Origin: a virus
Lineage: Duplodnaviria; Caudoviricetes
IMG/VR virus record: IMGVR_UViG_3300033066_002031
Location: 3,864-67,863 of that record
Direction: 5' to 3' (one strand)
Length of the DNA: 64,000 nt
The translations under genes were made by a program, and so were the position numbers. The notes under the pieces are model-generated. The model searched no databases. It was given only the letters and a program-made list of their open reading frames with translations, and had not been told where the DNA came from. Positions within the stretch are counted from its first letter, which is position 1; every line of letters starts with the position of its first letter. Of this stretch, positions 53,809 through 61,318 are shown in pieces.

Positions 53809-55290
53809 TCAATCCCCGGATGTGTCGATGGAGATCGAGTTGTTTTGTGACAATGCTTGAAGAAGCTTTGATGCCGTTATATGATCTACAAGGTTATTTG
53901 GCTCCTCGGCGCCCTTTTCGGGGGGCTTCGCAGGTTTCGGAGGAGCGGGCTTCCCAGGCGCCGCGACCGGCTTGGGGTCGCGGATCGGGTGGGACAACGG
54001 TGCGACGTTGACCGGCAGGATCGGCTCGTCGCCCCACTTCTTCGGCGGCAGACCGTCTTCGGCGCGGATTTCGTTGATGGTCTTGACGCCGTACATCAAA
54101 AACATTTTGCGGTTTTCACGCTTCTCGGTCTCGTTCTCAGGGACCGGGTCGTCGAACGCGACGAAGAGCCTGCCGTCGGGGTCGAACTTGGGGCACAAGT
54201 CCTTGTTGATCCGCTCCTGCATGCGGATGCATCGCGGACGGACGGCGTCGATCGCGTGACGGTAGTTGCCAGCTTCGGCGTTGGCGCGGTTGACGTCCTC
54301 GGTCCTCAACAGGCTGATCGGCACCTGGAAGGCGTTCGCGATCTCCTCCTTCGACACCTTTCTTAGCTGCAATGCTGCCAGGTCTGACGGCGGGAACACC
54401 AGCGGCTTGTAGTCCAGACCGCTTTCACCGACCAGGACGCCTCCGCCGCCGCCCCAGCGGAACTTGTTCTGGATCTTCCGCTCAAGCCGCATCGCCTCCT
54501 GCTGACCGATCGGCTCCTTCGGGCTCACGAGCATGTCCGGGCGAGCCCTGTTGTCCAGCGTCGCCTCTTCGTAAGCCAGCATCTTGTCGTGGATGATCGC
54601 GTGCTCGAAAGCCGCGCGGAGCGGGCTCCAGCCCAGGATGTAAGGGTCGACGAGGCTCGAATACTTGAAATGCACGATCTCGTCGGGGCTGAACGTCGTA
54701 TTGCCAATGCCGGAAGCGAATATGTATTCCTTGATGACGTTCGACGAATCGAAGTTCGGAATCACCGTCATCATGTGGGATTGGAGCAGGTACACCCGCG
54801 TCGGCACGCCCAGGGCGTCGAACTCCAGCGACCAGTATGCGTCGCCGCAAATCTCCTGGTAGAGCGTCGTCAATTCGATCAGGTCGTATTTCGTGTGCTG
54901 ATAGTTGACCCTGTTGAACATGTCGATGATCGGATGGCTCGTGACCTCCTGGATCTTCGACGAACCGTTCAGCGACGCCCCCAGACCAGCCTTCTCGCGG
55001 AGATAACGCTCCCGCTCAAGCGTCACGGGTTCGAGACCGAGGTGCGACTTCGCAGCCCTCTGACCCTTCTTGGTCTCCACGTACACGCCCATGCGCGTGG
55101 AGGCGACGGCTGAGGCGTTCTTCGTCGCGCATGCGTAGGCGACGTTCTTGTACGCCTGGATCAATTCGATCCGGCTCGGCGCCCGCGCGTGGCGGAAGCT
55201 GTCGACGAAGCCGTACTGGCTGGCGCCGCCGGTGAGACCGCCAAGCCCAGACTTCGTCACCCAGCGTATGGCTCGTTTAATTGGCGACAC
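53809..55290 (-). CDS. Portal protein (HK97 family)
   Basis: VAYACA..G.AYW..GVP..YLL..EIVHFK..GWSPL..EIANAFQVP..N.ANAE..TINEIRA. Confidence 0.93.
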   Translation of the reverse strand: MSPIKRAIRWVTKSGLGGLTGGASQYGFVDSFRHARAPSRIELIQAYKNVAYACATKNASAVASTRMGVYVETKKGQRAAKSHLGLEPVTLERERYLREKAGLGASLNGSSKIQEVTSHPIIDMFNRVNYQHTKYDLIELTTLYQEICGDAYWSLEFDALGVPTRVYLLQSHMMTVIPNFDSSNVIKEYIFASGIGNTTFSPDEIVHFKYSSLVDPYILGWSPLRAAFEHAIIHDKMLAYEEATLDNRARPDMLVSPKEPIGQQEAMRLERKIQNKFRWGGGGGVLVGESGLDYKPLVFPPSDLAALQLRKVSKEEIANAFQVPISLLRTEDVNRANAEAGNYRHAIDAVRPRCIRMQERINKDLCPKFDPDGRLFVAFDDPVPENETEKRENRKMFLMYGVKTINEIRAEDGLPPKKWGDEPILPVNVAPLSHPIRDPKPVAAPGKPAPPKPAKPPEKGAEEPNNLVDHITASKLLQALSQNNSISIDTSGD

Positions 55291-55311
55291 CGCGTCACCT
55301 TCCCTGTTTGG

Positions 55312-57903
55312 TCATCGTCCCTGCCAGAACGCCGGGTTGTCCCAACGATTCCAGTTGTGCTCGTCGAATTCCTCGATCGGAGGAGCCGAGTCGTCCGGCT
55401 TCTCGCCGTCGTCGACGAATTCGATCCGGTCCACGTCCCCGTACAGCTTGGAGATCCCGACGACCATGTACCGCATCGCGTCGCAGATGTGGTCGTTCTC
55501 CTTGACCGGGTTCTCGTCGATCTTGACGCCGTACGAGTCGAGGATCTGGTCGTCGTTCCTCGCCGGGGCTTCCGGGTAGTGGTATCCCGCGACCTCCTGA
55601 CGCAATGCGGAACAGGTGTCGAATATGAACATCTTGTTGCGTCTCAGACGCTGCGACACCTGCAAAATACCGTAGTCGCGACGCTTCGGAACCTTCTGCA
55701 CCGCGAAATCCAACTTGCGAAGCTGCATGATGTGCTCGGGCTGAGCCGAGTCGGCGAACCACAGGATGTCCTGCTCGCACGGGAGATGCGCGGCGTGCTC
55801 CTGGATCGTCATGTTTCGCGTGTATCTCTCCCAGTAAACCCATAGGACATCGTTCTTGTCCAAAACCCCTGCCACGGCGGCGAATGGGGCTCGGAAACCC
55901 CAGTCGATCCCGCCGAAATGCCGCCCCTCCGGCAGACGCCTCGGCGGCACGACGCGGTCCTCGAAATCGGGATAGACCAAGCCCGACCGCTTGATCTTCC
56001 AGTCGCCGTGCAGCAGCCTCGCCTTCTCGACGGGGTCCAGGTTCTCCAGCGACTTGCGGTACGACTCCGCGTCGACGTGCGGGTTGTCGTCCACCTTCGC
56101 CGGGATGAAAACGATTTCCTTGTTCTTCTTCGCCGGGTTCACGCACCGCTCGTACACCCACTGGGAGCCGACGCCGCCTGGGTTGCTGGCAGCCCTCATC
56201 CGCAGCGGCACCGGCATCCCAGCCGGTTTTCGCAGACGGCTGAACAGATACGTGTATGACGACTCGTTGAAGTGGGTCAACTCGTCGAAGGCGCAGAATT
56301 GCAGTTCCGAGCCCTGATACCGGAGCTTGTCGTTCTCGTGCTCCAGATACCCGAACGTCAGGTTCGCCCCGGACGGGAAGCGGAACACCTTGTCCTTCTC
56401 GTTCCACTTGACCTCGCTGGCGAACGGAGCCAGCCACTCCTTGGCTCGGTCCATGATGGCGCCGGGGAGATTCAAGTCGGCAAACGTCTTACGAAGGATC
56501 AAAGCAGAATATCCAGGCACGTCGACGTATTGCAAAGCCGCCATCAGCAAGGCGTCGCTGTTGTGCGTTGGGATGCAGGATCGCGAGCAAAGATACTGGT
56601 GGCTCGGCGAGTCCACCGCGATGCACTTGACCGGCACCGGATCGACCTTGCGGCACGCGACGATGTAATGCCAGTGCTGCTTCTCGCTCGTCTTCAGCTT
56701 CTGCCGAGCCGCCTTCCGCTCAAGATGGAAGATCCGGACGTCCGTCGTGATCTTGACGCGGAATTTTTCCCCATAGTCCTCACCGTTCAACATCGCCCTG
56801 CCGATGATCAGGCTGGCTTTCAAGCCGAGCGACCTGGCGAGTTCAAGGCAGCCGTAGGCGATCTCGGGGTTTGTATTGCAGAATTCGGCACCGCCGTCTT
56901 CGTCGCAGCAGCCGTCCGTGTCCATCAAGCCGCGAAGAAGCTCCATCCGCTGCTCAGCACTCGCCCGCATGTATTGCTCAGGGATGTGCTTGTTGTCCAG
57001 GATGCCAAGCTCGCGGAGCTTGCCGCGAATTTGCTTGATGTACCAAGCCTTAGGCTCTGAGCAGTCCGTGATCTCAAATCCCAGGCTGGCGATCCGATCA
57101 ATGATTTCTCTGTCGGGCGGATGGCAAGTGAATCCGCCGCCTGCCGACGTGCCGTCGCCCAGCCAGGCGCCGACAAGATATGGAGGAAGCAGCAGATCCT
57201 GCCCTTCCCACTGAACCGCACCGGCGACGCGAATGGCGTGGTTGTTGTGCGTCCCGCCTCGCGTCTTGAGCGTCTTGAAGATTTCGGCAGTACTCTTAGC
57301 ACTGCCGGTCGGCGCCGGTTTGGTCGGAGGCTTCATGACGACGTTGCGGGCGGCAACGTCTGGTCGCTTGCCTTTGCTGCGGCTCGGTCGCTTTGCACGA
57401 CGGGCGGCTCGCCATTCGTCGGTGCGGTGCAAAAGTTCAATACGATCTTTGTAGGTGAACGTGTGCCAGAGGTGAGTACCAGCGGCGATGATCTTCTCGC
57501 CAGTGTCGAATTCGATCTCGTAACATTCGGCGTCGTATTCGACTTCCGACTCTGCAAGAACTTTGCAGGGCTTACCGGTCTCGTCGAAGACCGTGTCGCC
57601 AGGTCGAATTCTGCCCATCGGCACCCATCCGCTCGGAGTCGGAATAGGTGTATCGATGTATACCAGTTTCCCGCCTGAAGCGCTTCCTCCGTAGAAAGCC
57701 TCCAGGCAGTCCAGCATGAGGAAAGCCGCCTGTTTAGGCGTAGGCGTATGCGGGATGTACTTCGTCATCTTCGGCGTGCAGAGTTGCAGGAGTTGCGGGT
57801 TGGACACGATCATGTCCGACCACTTCTCCGTGACGGCGGGATTGACCCTGTATCGCGGCTTGTCGTTCTCGGGTTGATTGACGGAGATGCCGTTGTCGTC
57901 CAT
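55312..57903 (-). CDS. terL: Terminase large subunit, interrupted by an intein in Walker A
   Basis: YGGSASGGK|intein|S; YQGSELQFCAFDELTHF (Walker B); ASNPGG; GGIDWG; NDHICDAMRY. Confidence 0.95.
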   Translation of the reverse strand: MDDNGISVNQPENDKPRYRVNPAVTEKWSDMIVSNPQLLQLCTPKMTKYIPHTPTPKQAAFLMLDCLEAFYGGSASGGKLVYIDTPIPTPSGWVPMGRIRPGDTVFDETGKPCKVLAESEVEYDAECYEIEFDTGEKIIAAGTHLWHTFTYKDRIELLHRTDEWRAARRAKRPSRSKGKRPDVAARNVVMKPPTKPAPTGSAKSTAEIFKTLKTRGGTHNNHAIRVAGAVQWEGQDLLLPPYLVGAWLGDGTSAGGGFTCHPPDREIIDRIASLGFEITDCSEPKAWYIKQIRGKLRELGILDNKHIPEQYMRASAEQRMELLRGLMDTDGCCDEDGGAEFCNTNPEIAYGCLELARSLGLKASLIIGRAMLNGEDYGEKFRVKITTDVRIFHLERKAARQKLKTSEKQHWHYIVACRKVDPVPVKCIAVDSPSHQYLCSRSCIPTHNSDALLMAALQYVDVPGYSALILRKTFADLNLPGAIMDRAKEWLAPFASEVKWNEKDKVFRFPSGANLTFGYLEHENDKLRYQGSELQFCAFDELTHFNESSYTYLFSRLRKPAGMPVPLRMRAASNPGGVGSQWVYERCVNPAKKNKEIVFIPAKVDDNPHVDAESYRKSLENLDPVEKARLLHGDWKIKRSGLVYPDFEDRVVPPRRLPEGRHFGGIDWGFRAPFAAVAGVLDKNDVLWVYWERYTRNMTIQEHAAHLPCEQDILWFADSAQPEHIMQLRKLDFAVQKVPKRRDYGILQVSQRLRRNKMFIFDTCSALRQEVAGYHYPEAPARNDDQILDSYGVKIDENPVKENDHICDAMRYMVVGISKLYGDVDRIEFVDDGEKPDDSAPPIEEFDEHNWNRWDNPAFWQGR
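56560..57666 (-). mobile_element. Class 3-type intein (369 aa) with LAGLIDADG homing endonuclease
   Basis: Starts LVYIDTPIPTPSGW; block B HLW; block F VKCIAV; block G IPTHN followed by extein Ser; LGAWLGDG / LRGLMDTDG motifs. Confidence 0.88.
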
Positions 57904-57917
57904 GACGAATTTCCTTT

Positions 57918-58532
57918 TCAGGAGTGGGCGGGGTAGTAATATTCGGGCAGGACGTGGGGGTTGATTTCACCGGCGGCGTCGATGTAGTTCAGGTCGTAGC
58001 CGCCGAAATACTTCACGGCGGGGTCGCAGTCCGGGAATCGCCCGCAGCCCATGAACTGGATCTTGACCCCGGAATCCCTGGGAGTCCTCAGCCTTGAAAG
58101 CATGTATCTGTACTGCATTCCTGGGAACCGCTCGATGTGGTCGAAGCCGACGAACGTGGCTTCAACGCCCCCGTACCGATAGACGTCATGCTCGGAGCCC
58201 AGCGTGTCGAATATCAGCCTGGCGCCGGACGGGAAAATTATTTCCCGCCACCGCTCTTCAAACACCAGATCCAGGCGGTCAGCCGCCCCGCTCAGAATTG
58301 GAGCGAACATGTATTTGCAGTCGTCGAGGCTGTACCGGTGGACCGCCGAATCGTGATGGCAGAACAGGAATCCCCTGTGGTGCGGAGAGTCGACGTTCTT
58401 GACGGCGGCGGCGACGAGAGCCGTCGTGCCGCCGACGAGGTTGCCCGTGAGCGTCGAAAGCGATTCGCTGTAGACGAACGCCTTCTGCATCGGAGTGAGC
58501 TTGATGTTCAGGTATTGTTCAACGTCGATCAT
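57918..58532 (-). CDS. Degenerate terminase-ATPase-like protein 1
   Basis: TPMQKAF..GNLVGGTT..FPSGARLIF..RYGGVEATFVGFDHIERF..YRYMLSRLR aligns with the TerL N-domain; Walker A Lys is absent. Confidence 0.7.
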   Translation of the reverse strand: MIDVEQYLNIKLTPMQKAFVYSESLSTLTGNLVGGTTALVAAAVKNVDSPHHRGFLFCHHDSAVHRYSLDDCKYMFAPILSGAADRLDLVFEERWREIIFPSGARLIFDTLGSEHDVYRYGGVEATFVGFDHIERFPGMQYRYMLSRLRTPRDSGVKIQFMGCGRFPDCDPAVKYFGGYDLNYIDAAGEINPHVLPEYYYPAHS

Positions 58533-58992
58533 TCTTGGCTCTCATGTACGGGCAGGCGTCGTGGTGCCCGTGCAGCAGCGTCTCGCAGGTGCATTCGGGC
58601 TCGCGAGACAGGGCGTCCTGGTGCCGCGTGATGCTAGCGGCGATGTCGGGCGGGACGTAAGAGCCGCCTTGCGGGATGACGACGTTGCCGTTGGCGTCGA
58701 TGCTCGCCAGGACGGTGCCGCTGCCGTCCTTCCACTCCCGCAGGCTGTATTTGCACGAGTCGGCGCCTCGCACGATGAGCGGGACGTCTTTGTGCGACAC
58801 GGCTCCGTAAGTCGACACGGCTTCCGGCGGCACTTTGAACCACCCGGACAGTTCTTCCGTGGTGTAGCTTCGCGTGTGGATCTTCTCGGCGTCGTCGGGG
58901 TCGATCTTGATTTCGCAGCCGCCGACCCTGTAGATGCCGAATGGTCCGTACAGTCGCATCACGTCCTGCACGGGGTCTCCGTGGTAGCTCAT
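58519..58992 (-). CDS. Hypothetical protein
   Basis: GGAGG RBS; C-terminal CTCE..HH..C. Confidence 0.6.
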   Translation of the reverse strand: MSYHGDPVQDVMRLYGPFGIYRVGGCEIKIDPDDAEKIHTRSYTTEELSGWFKVPPEAVSTYGAVSHKDVPLIVRGADSCKYSLREWKDGSGTVLASIDANGNVVIPQGGSYVPPDIAASITRHQDALSREPECTCETLLHGHHDACPYMRAKNDRR

Positions 58993-59040
58993 GTCGCCTC
59001 CATGTAATGAAAATAGTGTATACTGTTGATGCGTATACAC

Positions 59041-59832
59041 TTAGGGGGTGTTGTACGGCTTCTCTTCGTCCGGGATGGTGTCGGGGTGGGGCGTCATCGG
59101 CTTGGCGGGCTGGCTCTTCGCCCTGCTGGCGGGACCGAACCAGGGGGTCGTGCGACCTTTCCAGTTGGCGCCCATAGGGGCTGGTGCGGATTCGAGGTGG
59201 TAGGCGAAGATGTCGGGGATGAGGCGGCGGTGCTTCCGCTTCCACTGGAGCGCGAAGAGCATGTCGGAGCGTGCGGCGTCGGTGTGCCCTTCGGGGTAGT
59301 GGGAGATGCCGGAGGCGGACGGATTCCAGGCTTGGAAGTAGCCGATCGGGATGTAGCCGCCGTATTCCGACTTGGCGATGCGGGTCGCCATGGGGAACGG
59401 GTGCGGGTGTACGAAGACGTTGAGTTCGTGCTGCGGCGTGGGGCTGGAGAGGAATTCGCCCCAGGCGTCGAAGCTCTTGCAGTTGAGGCGGTCGACGCCG
59501 TAGATGCATTCCGGGTCCGGCTCGGAGTTGCGGAACATGTTTCGCGTGCCGGGCGGCAGCGCGATGTCGGCGTCGATGTGGATGACCCAATCCGATAGGC
59601 TCAGGTGCTTGAGCCCTACGTTGATGGCTTTCGCCTTATTGAACGGACCGCCCTCGCTGAAGACGGTCGTCTTGACGCAGTGGACGCCCCAGAAGTCGCA
59701 CGTCTTGATGGTGTTGTAATCATCGGGAGTCGTCACGACGACGAGGTGGTCGAACGCATTCCTGTTGAACATAAGTGAATGCGAGAGGAAATCGGAGTAG
59801 CCGACGCAGGTCGTCACGGCTTCGATACGCAT
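59041..59832 (-). CDS. GT-A (GT2-like) glycosyltransferase
   Basis: FNKAKAINVGL..WVIHIDADI (DxD)..GYFQAW..SDMLF. Confidence 0.8.
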   Translation of the reverse strand: MRIEAVTTCVGYSDFLSHSLMFNRNAFDHLVVVTTPDDYNTIKTCDFWGVHCVKTTVFSEGGPFNKAKAINVGLKHLSLSDWVIHIDADIALPPGTRNMFRNSEPDPECIYGVDRLNCKSFDAWGEFLSSPTPQHELNVFVHPHPFPMATRIAKSEYGGYIPIGYFQAWNPSASGISHYPEGHTDAARSDMLFALQWKRKHRRLIPDIFAYHLESAPAPMGANWKGRTTPWFGPASRAKSQPAKPMTPHPDTIPDEEKPYNTP

Positions 59833-59851
59833 GTCGCAACCTTCCCTGGTA

Positions 59852-60433
59852 TCACCAGCACAATTCAGGCGACCGCCTGAATTCCTCGAAATCTTCCGGC
59901 GTGAACCAGCCGCAGTCTTCGGGGCGGGCGACGACGTGATCCTGGGAGAGCAGCCTCCGCACCACCCAACTGCGGTGCGGACCCTCCGGATCTCCCGACG
60001 AGCGTACCCTCGCTGGCGCCGGTCTCTCCCCGCCGAGGCTGACCGCCTTCGGCGCCATCGCCAGGTATTGCTCTTCGCTGAAATCTAGGACGCGATCGAA
60101 GCCTATGAAATGGAACTGGGTCGCGTATCTCTTGGCGGAGCACGTCTTTTCGAGCGAGCCGAGGAGGATCGAGGCGCCTGAGGGGAATGCGAAACTGCTC
60201 GACGACTCGATCCAGGAGGCTTCGGGCGGGAGGAACGCCGCGACGTGGCGTTGCAATTGGGGGAGCCGCCTGGGATCGCGGCACAAAATAACAGCCCTGT
60301 AATATCCGGATTCGCATCCCGGAATCGCCGCAGATACGAGTGCAGCCGTGTTGCCCCCTCCGGACGGCGCCCCGAAGAAAGCCTCACGGCTGCGGATGGA
60401 TGCGAAATGATTTTGCTTCACGTTGGGCGTCAT
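59852..60433 (-). CDS. Degenerate terminase-ATPase-like protein 2
   Basis: KQ..F..EAFFGAPSGGGNT..YRAVIL..FAFPSGASILLGSL..FHFIGFDRVLDFSEEQY..RVRSSGDPEG; ATGA overlap with the upstream gene. Confidence 0.7.
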   Translation of the reverse strand: MTPNVKQNHFASIRSREAFFGAPSGGGNTAALVSAAIPGCESGYYRAVILCRDPRRLPQLQRHVAAFLPPEASWIESSSSFAFPSGASILLGSLEKTCSAKRYATQFHFIGFDRVLDFSEEQYLAMAPKAVSLGGERPAPARVRSSGDPEGPHRSWVVRRLLSQDHVVARPEDCGWFTPEDFEEFRRSPELCW

Positions 60434-60906
60434 GCCGGTGGGTTCGCGGTGACGGCTGTCCTGTTGCCGACGCCGTCGACGACGATCTGGAGCCTGTCGG
60501 CGGTGTCGTTGATGTCCCGCACCGTCACGGTCCCGCTGCCGACGTCGGCTCCCGAGAGCTTGGCGGCGACCATGCTGAGGATCAGGGCGAGCGTCTGACG
60601 CGGGTTGTAGCCCGTCTCGACGTTGATATAGTCGAGACCCATCGAACTGAGGATTCCGGGGTTGATCGTCTCGCACGCGACGAGCGGAGAGCCGCCGCCC
60701 GTATCCCACGCGATGTGCCCCTTGAAGTCGGCGGGGTGGGTTACGAGTGCGCCGTAACAGCCGCTGTTCGCGACGATCTCGACGACGCCCGACGTCGTCC
60801 TGGCGGCGTACGTCGTGAAATCGTAGTTCAGGAGCGTGTAGCCTACCGACAATCCGGTGTTGGCTGAACCGAAGCTCGCCTGGTAGGCTCTCGTTATATT
60901 CGCCAT
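60430..60906 (-). CDS. Hypothetical virion-associated protein
   Basis: GGAGG RBS; operonic. Confidence 0.6.
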   Translation of the reverse strand: MANITRAYQASFGSANTGLSVGYTLLNYDFTTYAARTTSGVVEIVANSGCYGALVTHPADFKGHIAWDTGGGSPLVACETINPGILSSMGLDYINVETGYNPRQTLALILSMVAAKLSGADVGSGTVTVRDINDTADRLQIVVDGVGNRTAVTANPPA

Positions 60907-60924
60907 CGGAACAACCTCCCGTCG

Positions 60925-61308
60925 TTACACCTGGGTGGCGCCGTGGAAAGCCGCCACCTTAGCCGCAGCCTTCTGGTAAATCTTGGTGCCGACCGTGTTG
61001 TAGGCAGCGGCGAATTCGGGGTCCGCCATAAGTTCCTGGAGCGTGTCGAACGTCACGGCTTCGGTAGCCGGCACCGGCGGCGTCGCGTTCGGATCGCCGG
61101 GCGTTGCGGGCGTGAGCGTCTGACCGAGACTGACGCTCACCTGGGCGACGGGCGGCTTGTCCCAGTCGTCGGCGGTCGGGTTGATGTTGAACACCACCCT
61201 GCCCGTGCCGGCGAACAGGTCGAGCGCGATGAAGCTCAGCCATCCGTAGGCGTTCGTCAGCGGGGCGGAGGAGCATGGGTTGGGGTAGCTTGGGATTCCG
61301 AGTGCCAT
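60925..61308 (-). CDS. Small protein after the tail fibre (possible fibre chaperone)
   Basis: GAGG RBS; synteny only. Confidence 0.55.
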   Translation of the reverse strand: MALGIPSYPNPCSSAPLTNAYGWLSFIALDLFAGTGRVVFNINPTADDWDKPPVAQVSVSLGQTLTPATPGDPNATPPVPATEAVTFDTLQELMADPEFAAAYNTVGTKIYQKAAAKVAAFHGATQV

Positions 61309-61318
61309 TGATTCATCC

